A stretch of DNA of 64,000 nt from Eledone cirrhosa. Lineage: Eukaryota. The position numbers and the translations under genes were made by a program. Shown in pieces: positions 1-12,505 of the stretch (position 1 is its first letter; the number at the start of each line of letters is the position of its first letter). A model generated the notes under the pieces. The model did no database searches. It was not told where the DNA came from and was given only the letters and a program-made list of their open reading frames with translations. The stretch is taken from positions 163,928,001 to 163,992,000 of the forward strand of contig OZ024741.1 in assembly GCA_964016885.1 (NCBI GenBank), read 5' to 3'.

Positions 1-113
1 GTATATACACACACCAAACTGCATAAAATTTTTTGTATTTTCATTGGTCAATTTGAACTCTGTTCCCAAACGGACCTGAAATTTTGAATTGTTGTTATTA
101 TCAATAAATATAT

Positions 114-268
114 TTCATTATTTCTGAAGACGGCATATATATGTGTTTGGTATGTATATTTAATTTTGATAGTTTGTATAATTTTGTATAATTTTGTACA
201 TAGATCTGTTGAATATGCATGCCAATTCTAACACATATATATCCTAGAAACGATCGTTAAATAATGAA
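114..268 (+). ncRNA. Type I hammerhead ribozyme with long helix II
   Basis: Helix I TTCATTATTT(114-123)/AAATAATGAA(259-268); CTGAAGA 124-130; long helix II (atatatgtgtt...aacacatatat); GAAA 247-250; palindromic helix III CGATCG; GUU cleavage triplet. Confidence 0.85.
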
Positions 269-322
269 CTTTTTTTGTTTAATATAAGGAACTGTTTCAT
301 TGTTTTATTCATTATTTTTTTA

Positions 323-410
<88 letters not shown>

Positions 411-417
411 CATATTT

Positions 418-450
<33 letters not shown>

Positions 451-465
451 TATATATACATACAT

Positions 466-1231
466 ATAATATAATTTAGAGTTTACACTCAAGGGGTCAT
501 TTACAATTATTTTAGCTCTAAGAAAGAAGCATTTCTGAGCAGTACAATACAAGTTAATATAAATTAATATATGATAAACACTTACGTGTTTTTATTGTAA
601 TTGACAATAAATTAGCTAGAATGAAATATCTTAATTCAAATACATATAGTCTGCCTGTATCGATCTAAAAAATAATAAATCAATACTCACAAACACATAT
701 CGGCAAAAGGCCTTGGTACCTAGACAAGTTTAAATTTCAAAATTCAAACTGTTTCCGCAGATCAATCCGAACTTCAAAATGTAAACATGTTTCACAAAGT
801 ATGGTATAATAGTGAAATAATTGATTAATAGTGAAATAATTAATTTTCTGTGTTTATTAATAGGTACCCAGAAAAATTAAGTACTTCACCTCGGAAAAAT
901 ATCTAAGGTCTGGTTAACGTACGCGAAAATACACGAGGTTTTGCACACGAATTCTTCCAGCCCTCTAGCCATCTCATACTCATGGCGCTAGAAATAACAG
1001 CCGTTTATATGGGATTACAAATTCAGCTCGACCGAGGGAGCAGTAATATAATATAATTTAGAGTTTACACTCAAGGGGTTATTTACAATTATTTTAGCTC
1101 TAAGAAAGAAGCATTTCTGAGCAGTACAATACAAGTTAATATAAATTAATATATGATAAACACTTACGTGTTTTTATTGTAATTACAATAAAAACACGTA
1201 AGTGTTTATCATATATTAATTTATATTAACT

Positions 1232-1235
<4 letters not shown>
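466..1235. mobile_element. Non-coding ~582-bp unit with terminal direct redundancy and short inverted tail
   Basis: 466-608 is repeated at ~1048-1192 (period 582); ~1182-1235 is the reverse complement of the repeat end; flanked by (TA)n. No intact hammerhead found. Confidence 0.65.
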
Positions 1236-1313
<78 letters not shown>

Positions 1314-1318
<5 letters not shown>

Positions 1319-2483
1319 CAATGACAGAGATAGTTTAAAGCTAAACTCTGACTGGTAACCATCTCACTCAACAAACATTAGGTTATATTAAAATATAAAC
1401 CCAATTTAAGTGTTTGGAGTGCTAACAATATGTATAATGTGGATAAACCAGTTGTATTATTTTATGAGATATAATTAAAGTTAAAGTATATCTCTCTTTC
1501 CAAACAATTGTTTCATTATAAGTTTTCTACAAGTTTGGGAGAATGTTTCCAGTTTATGTAGAAGCCTAATATATATTCATGTAAGAATATATTTAGGTGG
1601 GCACTTATAAATCGTCAGTGGAAGCCCATTAAACATTGATATAAGAAAACAAATTTCTTACCGCTGTCAAAAAACATGTTCGTACAGTAGCTCTCCCTCA
1701 CTTCGAATGACCGCCAAATTTGAAATTCCAGCAGTTCTTGACTGAGGAAGTATCATAGCGACACGAAGCGGGAAGGGGAGACAACCCACGAAATGAGGGA
1801 AAAAAATAATATACACGCGGGTTAATTAGTTTTTTTGAAAACATTATCAATCCGACGTGTTTAAGAACTCAATTGAAAATAAAAAAATAAATATATGCTT
1901 GTATAAATTACACACGCATATAGATATTTTCTTAGGCTAAATCAGAAGTTGCACCCGAATAAGAACCGCTTCTCATAACCGCAGTAAATGCAGAAAGTTA
2001 TGCTATAAAGGGCAAATGGGAATATAATTCTCCGGCCGAATTAAGAGTAAAATATAAAACACACGCGGGTTAATTAGTTATTTCAAAACCAATATCAATT
2101 CCTCGTGTAAAGAACTCAATTAATAAAAGAAAATAAATACATATATGCATGTAATTATATACGTAGGCATATATATATATTTTCTTAGGCTAAAAAACAG
2201 AGAAGTTACAACCAAAAAAAGCCACAATATTTCATAACAGTAATAAATACGGAAAGTCAAATTCATAAGGTACCTGGAAATAAACACCTCTGGCCAATCA
2301 AGAGTAAATATTTAATACAATCACAGAGATAGTTTAAAGCTAAACTCTGACTGGTAACCATCTCACTCAACAAACATTAGGTTATATTAAAATATAAACC
2401 CAATTTAAGTGTTTGGGGTGCTGAACAATATGTATAATGTGGATAAACCAGTTGTATTATTTTATGAGATATAATTAAAGTTA
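1314..2483 (-). mobile_element. Non-autonomous hammerhead-bearing element with ~170-bp terminal direct repeats
   Basis: 1314-1483 is repeated at 2313-2483 (period 999); internal diverged duplication ~1810-2050/2060-2310; hammerhead at 1498-1623; embedded in (TA)n. Confidence 0.75.
1498..1623 (-). ncRNA. Type I hammerhead ribozyme, branched helix II
   Basis: Minus strand reads TTCCA-CTGACGA-tTTATAAG...CTTATAAt-GAAA-CAATTG-TT-TGGAA; helix I and the base of helix II pair, helix III is palindromic. Confidence 0.85.
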
Positions 2484-2484
2484 T

Positions 2485-2545
<61 letters not shown>

Positions 2546-2904
2546 TTTTCTCAATTTATTTCCCTAAAGAATATACCAGCAGGCTACCAGCATTGTTGTT
2601 ATACAGTAGCAGTGAAAATCTCTCCTCCTTACTTGACACCTTATACCTGTATTAATACTACTACACCAAACGACCAGCCCTGTCCAATGTTCAACTGGTC
2701 AAATATAAATTAAAATAGGCACTCCCAAAAATTCTTATTTAGATAAAATAAGCCATATACTCATTGTATTCTCATTAAAAACCTTCTATACACTTGTTTA
2801 CCAGCAAATTGAATTGCCATCTGTAATATACTATCCCCTCTCCTCTTCCTTTCTTACAACTAATATAAATACTTTGATTTTTCTGATTTTTTTTCCAATG
2901 TATC

Positions 2905-3034
2905 CAATATCTCTGAAGAAGTGACAACTGATTATACATTTGCTATCGATTACATGCTAATATTATATGATTACGCAAGCAGCGATACATAGGTATTCCG
3001 TCTGTTACAGAAACATATGTCAATACCTAATAAA
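2905..3034 (+). ncRNA. Hammerhead ribozyme motif with weak helix I, in a PLE pLTR-like fragment
   Basis: CTGAAGA 2913-2919; helix II GTGACA/TGTTAC; GAAA-CATATG-TC at 3010-3021; followed by AATAAATTCCTT as in the 57-kb pLTR. Helix I is imperfect. Confidence 0.65.
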
Positions 3035-3068
3035 TTCCTTTATAAAAGCACTTTCATTTTATATTCAT

Positions 3069-3160
<92 letters not shown>

Positions 3161-3202
3161 ACATATATATACATAAAGTACATATATGTATATATATATA
3201 AA

Positions 3203-3314
<112 letters not shown>

Positions 3315-3471
3315 TTTAAAGTATCATTACATATGCAATATGTATGATGAATATGTCGCTCTATGGATGTTTGTCCAGAACATTAATAATTCAAATTTAT
3401 AAAAATATGCATATAGACATATATCGTTAGAGAAACTTATTGCGTTCTGTACATATATAAAATATATAAAT

Positions 3472-4458
3472 ATATATAATTAAGTATGTGTGTGTGTGTG
3501 TCTGTGTGTCTGGGGCCTACATCTTACGACCGATTTTCATGAAACTTTACAGGCTCATAGGTTAGTGATCGGGGAGTGTTTACTATATATCAGCGTATCG
3601 TTTTTTTTTTATTCCGGGGTCATTCTGCACATAAAAATCAATAGGGGGAGGTCACCTTTTTTTAGGTATCGAAAAATAAGATTTTTGGCTCTAGCTCCCA
3701 CATTTTGCCACCGATTTCGTTCAAATTTTAAAGCAAAATTGAATTTATTGCACATCCTGTAATGGCTTTATATTTTGCATTTGTTGTTCAGGGACGGCGT
3801 GGCAGCCGCTTAAATATTCTAAAATACCACTTTTAGACTCAAATTTGCACTTGTTCGGCTCTAGCTCCCACATTAATCAACCTACTTTGTTCAAATTTTA
3901 CACTACGCTAGATCTGATTATTTCACGTCTTAAAGTGGCTTTACATTTGGGATTTTTTTGTTCAGGAACGGCGCGGCAGTCGCTTAAATATTCGAAAATA
4001 CCACCTTTTTGCTCAAATTTCCGCCTTTTCGGCTCTAGCTCCCACGTTTTTCAACCGATTTCGTTCAACTTCGAATCTTCGGCTCCACCTCACACATAAA
4101 TCAATTTATTTGGTTCAACTTTTATACTGCGATAGAACCTATCATTGCACATCTTATAGATGGTCAAAGGCAAAACGATGGCTACTGACGTCGTCTGAGC
4201 TTTTAGTTGTGTATTTGAGAATTTATCGGTTTCCAATCAAGTAGCGTGAGGAAATTTGGCTTAGTGTTAGAGGTCATTACCTCCCCAGCATGCCCCTTCG
4301 TCAGTCACCCGCATTTCTCAGTGATAGAGGTCATCACCACCCTCCCCCGCATGGCCTGTGTGCGGCCATAGATGAATCATCAAGAAGCAGTCGCTAAGAT
4401 CAACACCTTTTCATCAAAGCAGATATTATTTTACCTACCCAGGCAATGCTGCTACTAT
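3472..4458 (+). mobile_element. Non-autonomous Helitron/Helentron-like element with internal ~160-bp tandem repeats
   Basis: Three diverged units containing GGCTCTAGCTCCCAC and ACCGATTTCGTTCAA; GACCGATTTTCATGAAACTT near the 5' end; 3' CCCAGGCAATGC..CTACT resembles a Helitron terminus. Confidence 0.55.
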
Positions 4459-4852
4459 ATATATATATATATATATTAGAAACACCATATGTTTTAAGGT
4501 GGAATAACTAAAATTCTTTACAGCGCTGTTTCATAGCTCCTAGACCGGGTTAAAAATCGATCAAAGTAATAGATTATCGATTAACAAATATTTATTTTGT
4601 CATAGCTCCGAGAGACATGAAACAAATCATATCGTTATAATAACAATAAAATACAAACAACCTTTATATCTGTCGTTTTCAGAGAAATAGTCAATCAAGA
4701 CTACACGGGGTGAATATATATTTAACAGTGATGTCAGATGTAAATAGGACTAGACGTCGCGTCTGCTAGAAATAGGTGTGGGGGGGGTACCAGTCCCAGC
4801 GCCCAGCAGCTCAACAAATTAAGAATTTGGAGGACATAATTGAAATTTGAAT

Positions 4853-4912
<60 letters not shown>

Positions 4913-5014
4913 TGTGCGTGTGTGTATGTAAAAAGTAAACAGAAATAACAACACAATCGGTACAGTATATGAAAGGAATATATTAGGTTATCGCTTGAAA
5001 TAGTAGGAAGAGGG

Positions 5015-5050
5015 TATCAACGTTTCGGACGCTAGTCCTTCATCAGAAGA
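5015..5050 (-). ncRNA. Minimal hammerhead motif of the Neptune-like pLTR
   Basis: Minus strand CTGATGA-aGGAC-tagc-GTCC-GAAA-CG-TT; helix I pairing is poor. Confidence 0.65.
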
Positions 5051-5639
5051 AGGAATGAGACATTAAAAAGATTGAAGCGACGGGCGGGTGGAATCGGAAA
5101 AAAAAGTTTTTAGAGAAAAATAACAAGTCCATTCATGCTGCCATCTCTTGGAAAACCGTTTTGTGTATGATATACTTTTTTAGAAAAGTGGATGATGGAG
5201 CGCGACTACCTGAAATGGAAAAAAAATGTTTTGTATGTAGACCTATACGTGTGTGTGCGTCCGCGCCTGTATGTGTCTGTGCGTTATTATACGTCCGTAC
5301 GAAGCTAAGAGGATATGTGTGTCTATGTAAGTAAAAAAGTGTGTCTGTGCTTGTAAGAATGAAGATGTGTGGAAAATATGTTAATAAACGGGAGTGTGTG
5401 TGTGTGTATACAGAGCTGTGAAGGGAAAAGTAGAGGTGTGTGTGCGTATTTTGTTGGTCTGTTCTTAGCTGTCAGAATATATGTTTCTGACCATAAGAGA
5501 GACATAGGAATCTTGGAGTGAATGTACAAGCGCGTGTGTGATAATGGACGAGGTAAACGTGACGGGGGTGGGAGGGGGCAAAGGGTAGAGAAATAAGCAC
5601 GAACGTATATGTGTAATATTAAAGAAATTGGGGAGGGGG

Positions 5640-6990
5640 AGTTGAGTCCGTGAGGGAAACAGGAACCAAGGCGGAACATCTGACTGTGTTCAGTCCTGAT
5701 GCGCGAAGCCTGTGATCCGTGATGTAACAGGACACCATGTACTGAGACATGTAGGGAAGAGTGACCGTGGCAACGGAAATGAAGAAGGACGGGAGTATCC
5801 ATACCGAGTCGTATGACCCTCAAATGTTCAGCAAAACGGTCCGCCAAACGGCGTCCCGTTTTTCTGATGTATAAGGACCCTCAAAGGGAAAACTGGATGG
5901 CATAGACAACGTGGATGGAGATGTAGGTAAAGGAGTGGTGGATACCAAATGAACCGTCGGTGCCTGTGAGAGTGGTGAGGCTGGAAACGAAAGGACAGGT
6001 GTTGCAACGGGGACGAGAACATGGATGAGAGCTGGGTGGAGTCGTAGGAAAGGACGGGAAGGAACTGCGTGACAGGAGGTCGCGGAGATTGCGGGCGTGT
6101 TTAAAAGTGGTGATAGGTGGGTTAGGAAAAAAGCGAGAAGTGACGGCGTTGGAAGAAAGGATGCGGAAGGAACGGAGAATATGTCGCCGGAGAGGTAGGA
6201 TGATGGGGTGGTAGGTGATATGGAAAGGAAGGCGGGTGTTGAGAGGGCTTTGTTACGGTCGGTTTCACGGGCACGAGTGAAAGCAGCTTGGATCATGGTG
6301 GGTTGATATCCACGTTGGATGAAGCGGGAGGCCATGCGAAGGGGATGGGTTTCGAAATCGTGGTCCTGGCTATAGAGCTGACGAAAACGAAGGAATTGGA
6401 AATAGGGTATTGGAAGTTTAGTGTGTGTTGGATGGGAGGAGGTGAAGTCAAGGTAAGAGTGGGAGTCAGTAGGTTTATAGAAGATAGAAGTAGAGAGGGT
6501 GATATCAAGAAAAGGGACAGAAGAATCGGAGACGGAGTTGGTGAAGGTGAGAGCTGGATGAAAAGATTGAACAAAAGATAGAAAGCAGTCTAACTTTTCA
6601 CGTTATAGAGATGTGGCACCGATACAGTCGTCGATATAACGACAGTATGGCTCAGGAGTAGGTGCAGCGTACTGAGACATCTGGGGTTCGACGTAGCCAA
6701 CACACAAGTTGGCATAGTTGGGACCCATTCTGGTTCCCATCGCTACCCCAGAGACCTGTTGGTAGAACTCACCAGAAAAGAAAAACCCATTGAGGGTCAA
6801 AACAAGCGCAGCCAAACGGAGTAGAATGGTATTCTTAGGATAAGGGGTAGGGAGTTAGTCTAAAAAGTGTTGGAGAGCGCGAAGAACGTCATCATGAGGG
6901 ATGACGGTATAGAGAGAGGTGATGTCCAGGGTAAAGAGAAGGCGAGAGGAGGCCAGGATGGAAGGAGAAGGAGTTAAAGAGTCTAAGGGA
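5640..6990 (-). pseudogene. PLE reverse transcriptase + GIY-YIG endonuclease, frameshifted
   Basis: GVAMGTRMGPNYANL and RYIDD (6603-6815), MASRFIQRGY thumb region, ADRFAEHLR...LHFRCHGHS...FRLGSCFPHGLN endonuclease C-terminus, split over several frames. Confidence 0.92.
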
Positions 6991-7108
6991 ATGATTGGCG
7001 TCCTGTCCAGGTGGGAATCCTGTAATTCTCAGTCGCTTCACGCCATGAAACCGGGAAAAGCACCGGCCAAATGAGCCTTCTGGCTTAAGACAGACTTTAG
7101 ACTTTAGA
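6991..7108 (+). mobile_element. 3' fragment of the SINE family seen at 8527-8790
   Basis: Reverse complement of ~8527-8645; ends in (TAGACTT)n-like tail; abuts the PLE remnant. Confidence 0.65.
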
Positions 7109-7457
7109 CATGGATGAACACGGTTAGAGAAACAAGGAACATAGACATATACATAGAAAACATAGAAGTATACATAGAAACAGGAACAGGTCAAGATCTA
7201 GGTGGTCAAGATCTGTCGACTGAACTTAGACTTTCGATGCCTAGTCAATGGTTCATTTGGTTCATTCGGGTTCACGTTGTCTAAAGTGATAGGTAAACAT
7301 TGTTCTGTGGTATTCTAACGGACAAGGAATAATGCGAAAACTTTCTAGAACGCTGGCCAGGACTTTAGAGTGAACATAATTCGGGCAGTCGCACTTTGAC
7401 AGGAAATAAGAAAAATAATTAACATACCAGAAGGAACATGGCAAATGAGGCAAAATA

Positions 7458-7721
7458 ATTGTTTCTGATTTAGGCACAGGGCCAACAATTTTAGGGGAGG
7501 GGAAGTCGATTAAATCCACCCAGTGCGTTGCTGGTGCGTTATTTTATCTACCCAGTAAGGAAAAAAGTCAAGGCTAACCTCGATGTGCTTTGAAGTCAGA
7601 ACGTAAAGGGACGTAATAGTGTTTCTACTTTTGGCACAAGGCCAGCAATTATCCCAGTGTATTACTGGTACTTTATTTTATCGACCCCGTAAGGATGAAA
7701 GGCAAAGTTAACCTCGGCGGG
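7458..7721 (-). mobile_element. Two adjacent tRNA-derived SINE copies (Nin/Deu-like domain family)
   Basis: Reverse complement of GAGTTCAAATCCCGCCGAGGTTAACTTTGCCTTTCATCCTTACGGGGTCGATAAAATAAAGTACCAGT. Confidence 0.85.
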
Positions 7722-7954
7722 ATAATGAAGAACGGAAAGGTCGTTATAATAAGGGCGAGAAGAAATGAGAAACACAAGGTAAGTTGACGTGGAGATGATG
7801 AGATAAGTTAGGGTAAAAAAAGAACAATGTTTGCTAAACTGACCTATTGACTGATTACGTCCGAACTTTTAACTGTTAGGGGTCTAGAGGAAGAAGTAAA
7901 TAGTTGATGTACGCTAGAAAATAACATAGTAAAACACACACATACCTAAACATA

Positions 7955-7997
<43 letters not shown>

Positions 7998-8317
7998 CAG
8001 AAGAAGTTAATATGCCCGTGGGTACTAAGTACCCCTGGAAATATATAGGTTGTCTATGATTAAATTATATTTTTTAATTTATTTTAAAAAATTGGTTGAA
8101 TTTTGCTTGTTCTGCTTATCTTAATATATATATATATATATATATCGAATATTATATATATCGAATAATATATATATCAAACATTTTATTCTGGACTTTC
8201 GCAGTTATCTCCCTTACACATTTCGCCCGTGGTTTTGTATCGTTTGGGTGAAGTGACCGTTTCTGCGCCTGCCCGTTTATACGGTTGTTCTTCCTGTTCC
8301 GTATAACCACGACCAGT

Positions 8318-8358
8318 CCGAGATGAAGATCCGCACAAGGTGAAACAATTGTTCTCGG
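8318..8358 (+). ncRNA. Compact hammerhead motif with C3A core change
   Basis: CCGAG-ATGAAGA-tCC gcacaa GGt-GAAA-CAATTG-TT-CTCGG; related fragments at 29612-29652 (-) and ~18815-18875. Confidence 0.7.
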
Positions 8359-8452
8359 CATGGTGAACTAACTGTTGTGTTACTACTTCTACTAAACTCG
8401 TCCCATGGACTGAGTACTCTACCACTACGAATATTACCTTCCAGTGTTCTAC

Positions 8453-8525
<73 letters not shown>

Positions 8526-8526
8526 T

Positions 8527-8792
8527 AGTCTAAAGTCTGTCTTAAGCCAGAAGGTTCATTTGGCCGGTGCTTGTACCGGTTTCATAGCGTGAAGCGACCG
8601 AGAGTACAAGACCCCCCCCCCCCCCCCCTTGGACAGGACGCTAGTCCAGAGTAGCTGGTACTCATTTTCAGCTGAGTATACTGGACCAACGTGAAATGAA
8701 GTGTTTTGCTCAAGAACACAACAGCCAACCCAGGAATCAAACTCACGACATTATGATCGTAACAACACCCTTACCACTATGCCACGGGCCTC
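8527..8792 (-). mobile_element. tRNA-derived SINE (second family)
   Basis: Minus-strand head GTGGCATAGTGGTAAGG...GAGTTTGATTCC (A/B boxes) plus a central TGTGTTCTTGAGCAAAACACTT segment. Confidence 0.75.
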
Positions 8793-8863
8793 CACGCACA
8801 CACACACACACACTCACATACACACACACCACACAGACAGACAGACACATACACACACAGACA

Positions 8864-8934
<71 letters not shown>

Positions 8935-9569
8935 GTATATGTGTGTGTCTGTGTGTCTGTGTATATGTCTGTCTGTCTGACTCTCTCTCTGTGTATGCGA
9001 GTGTTTTTTTGAATTGTTTTTTTATTAATCATATATATATGTAAGTGAATATAATGGAGTATTCGACTATTACTTTTGGAAAGGGGAGAAAAGCTCAATG
9101 CATACTTGGGAATTCAAAACAATCGAAATACTCTTACGATGGTTAAAGTTCTTGCAGTTGGGGACAGTGAGAGTAGCAGAGCTTAAATATTTAAACTGAA
9201 GAAAACCAAGGTTATCAAATGAAATTCAATTTTGATATCTATGATCGTTTCTATACAGATGGTACATACATATGTAAACAAGATGTCAATCAAAAACAGT
9301 TAATTAACAATTATTTACAGAAAATACAACACAGAAACACACGCATATCATCAGGATTTATCAAAAGGGATTGATTTTTACCAGATAGATATTTTAAGAG
9401 CACAAGCAGTATCAAATGTTGAACATAGGCAAGTACTTAAAGAACGCAAGCGAAGCAAGGTAGAAGTATCAAGTGGTAAAAGAATGTATTTTAGGCTGAG
9501 GTAAAAAGCAGTACATGCTCTGAGGTAATTGCTGGCCTTGTGTCAAAAGTAGAAACATAATTATTATTA

Positions 9570-9800
9570 GGGTGGTGGTTTGGAATATCGGTAGAGCGTC
9601 GGACAACATGCTTAATGGCATAGAGTTAAAGCCCTTTACGTCCTGAGTTCAAATCCCACCAAGATTAGCTTTGCCTTTCATTCTTACGGGGACGATAAAT
9701 TAAAGTACCAGTAACGCACTGGGATCGATTTAATCGACTTTCCCCTCCTCTTCAAATTGCTGGCCTTGTGCCTAAAGTAGAAACAATTATTATTATTATT
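9570..9800 (+). mobile_element. Full-length tRNA-derived SINE (Nin/Deu-like domain family)
   Basis: A-box-like head, B box GAGTTCAAATCC, GCCTTTCAT..GGGGACGATAAA domain, (ATT)n tail. Confidence 0.85.
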
Positions 9801-9918
9801 ATTTCATGTAATTGTTAGAGGAATGTTCATTTGAGTTTGTCAAATAATATACATAGAGAGAAAAATAAATAGCAAAAAGCAAAAGTAGTTCAGAGGTCAC
9901 TATAGTAATTAGTTTTCA

Positions 9919-10036
9919 CTGAGTTCAAATCCGGCCGAGGTTGACTTTGCCTTTCATCCTTACGGGGTCGATAAAATAAAGTACCAGTAATGCACTGGGC
10001 AATTGCTGGCCTTGTAACAAAAGTAGAAACAATTAT
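9919..10036 (+). mobile_element. 5'-truncated SINE, same family
   Basis: Family consensus from the B box to AAAGTAGAAACAATT. Confidence 0.85.
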
Positions 10037-10357
10037 TTATTCAAAGTAATCCAACTTATTTTACTAAGTGGATAAACAATTATAAACCGTACGCAATCCC
10101 GTGCTTCTTACTTTATTATAGTTTAGATTAGTCGGGTTCTTCGCTCCAATATAAAGAAAGATCAAAATTAGAGAACATAACACTAATTGACACTATCAGG
10201 CGTTCCGAGTTCCGATTTCTTGTGGTAAATTTAAATCTGAGAAGCGGTGTCATTAAACCGAGCCTGTTTCATGTTTGCCCTGCGATAGAGCGTCTCTAAT
10301 GTTACTTAATGAATTAATGATTAAAGATCACCGTGTCATTAGTGGTGTTCGTTTTTC

Positions 10358-10445
<88 letters not shown>

Positions 10446-10633
10446 AAAATAATAAAAAGGACGTATTGTTATGTCTTCATTACGTTTATTTAGTTGTGAC
10501 GCGCGTTTCCCGATTGATCAGCTCGAAATTCGATCTGTATCGATCTGTCCCGACTCTGCAATCAAAAGCTCGTCGAACTTCTGTTATGGTAATGACAGAA
10601 TATATATATATATATTGCAGAGTCAGGCAAGAT

Positions 10634-10700
<67 letters not shown>

Positions 10701-10859
10701 TTCCTGATTATTTACTAGAATTCTATAAGAATCAAACATCCATGATTTTCAGCAAACAGGAGGAGTAGTTAGCGAAACAGGGCTCTGTCAGCTTTATCTC
10801 CCCTGTTTGCTGAAAATTAAAGTAAGTGAGACTGTCACTACTCTAAAACAATAGTAACG

Positions 10860-11410
10860 AATCACTGCTTTCACCCATTAACGGGATCTTCTGAAACTAA
10901 CAAAGTCAATCTGTGAACGCAGAAGTGAATATTTCAAAAAACGTTGCAACCGGAGGAAGACAGGAAGACGATACTTTGGTTCGTGGAAACGTTCGCTGGC
11001 AAAGAACGGGAAAAAACGAATATAATACGTCATTAATTGGAGCGGTGAAAAACACGCAAAGACAAAACCACGTTTATGGTATAAAAGAAGTCGTAGACTA
11101 ATATTCTATTAGGTGGTTCATAGAGACGTTCTCTGGCAATGAACGGAAAAAAACAAAGATAATACGTCATATGTGGAGCGTGGAGAACAATTGCACGCAA
11201 ACACAAAACCACGTAAATGGTATAACTGAAGTCGTAGACTAAAATTCTAACTAGGAAACCGAATGATTCTCGACTTTAGAGTTAAGAATAAAGTAAATAA
11301 AATACAGAGGTAATTGAAATTAAATAAATACATACACGCGTCCATATACGTACATACAAAATCATACGCGAAAACACTCGCCATAGGTATACAAATACAC
11401 GCACATATAA

Positions 11411-11454
<44 letters not shown>

Positions 11455-11900
11455 ATACAAATAATTAAATAAACGTATATAAATAAATAAATACGTATAT
11501 AACAAGCGCACACAAATACCTACATGTAAATACACATATGTTCGGTTTTGTGTTTGCGTGCAATTGTTCTCCACTCTCCACATATGACGTATTATCTTCG
11601 TTTTTTTTCGTTCATTGCCAGAGAACGTCTCTATGAACCACCTAAGAGAATATTAGTCTACGACTTCTTTTATACCATAAACGTGGTTTTGTCTTTGCGT
11701 GTAATTGTTTTTCACCGCTCCAAATAATGACGTATTATATTCGTTTTTTCCCGTTCTTTGCCAGGGAACGTTTCCACGAACCAAAGTACCGTCTTCCTGT
11801 CTTCCTCCGGTTGCAACGTTTTTTGAAATATTCACTTCTGCGCTCACAGATTGACTTTGTTAGTTTCAGAAGATCCCGTTAAGGGTGAAAGCAGCGATTC
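10860..11900. repeat. Long inverted repeat (~355-bp arms)
   Basis: ~10860-11215 is the reverse complement of ~11545-11900 (mirror ORFs 10913+ and 11653- give near-identical peptides); the flank 11885-11930 recurs at ~18660 (-) and ~21265. Confidence 0.9.
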
Positions 11901-11943
11901 TTTGCTTAAACTTTAATCTGTTATTTTAATAAATATATATATA

Positions 11944-11989
<46 letters not shown>

Positions 11990-11995
<6 letters not shown>

Positions 11996-12505
11996 GGAAA
12001 TCAGTAAAATCGAATCTCTAGCGGTTTGCAAGTAAATTCGGCCTACTTATATGAAATGATGAGTTAGCAAAGCACTCGATAAGATAGGACCTCAGAGTAA
12101 TAACATACGTTTAAATAGCTTGACAAATCGAACATTGCGGTAGGCGAAACTAACACACAATACATACCAAAGTAACGATAGAACTAATCAGGTTGAGAAA
12201 AGTACACCTGGACAAATCAAACGAACAATCGTTTAAAGTGTTTCTTTGAATCCGAAATCAAATATCAGACTTACGTGAATGGCAAGCTCATGGTATTGGT
12301 GATCGAACGGAGGATTCAGTTTATCAACAGGTTTTCGTTCTGCTTAGGACCGGAGTGATAAATTATATGTTGCTGCTCGATATGGCTGCTAATCACATCT
12401 ATAGTTATCACGTGTTAATTCCGGCAAGGGAAAAAAAACATGGTTTTAGGCGGGTCATTCAAAATGGTAGCGAAAGGAAATATTTCAATTTCCGCTAATC
12501 ATCAG
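11990..12505 (-). mobile_element. Diverged relative of the 55361-56155 element
   Basis: Shares CCTGTTGAYRA...GAAA module, the GCAAGGGA box preceded by CACGTG, and a GACC.AGAG.AATAA.CATA.GTT segment with the reverse complement of 55.4-55.9 kb. Confidence 0.55.

Larger units (their letters stand above)
4930..6990 (-). mobile_element. Decayed Penelope-like element (Neptune-like) with 3' pLTR
   Basis: RT and GIY-YIG remnants at 5640-6990 followed on the minus strand by a low-complexity UTR and a hammerhead at ~5.03 kb. Confidence 0.9.

Noticed and set aside
3660-4130. Regularly spaced repeats resembling a CRISPR array
   Set aside because: Whole ~160-bp units are homologous, there are no unique spacers or cas genes, and the context is eukaryotic.
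10913-11847. Two near-identical 62-64 aa ORFs on opposite strands
   Set aside because: Explained by the inverted repeat; non-ATG starts and no domain similarity.
11862-11900. CAGAAGA-TCCC..GGG-TGAAAGCAGC hammerhead-like motif
   Set aside because: Core mismatch, no UH triplet and no helix I pairing.
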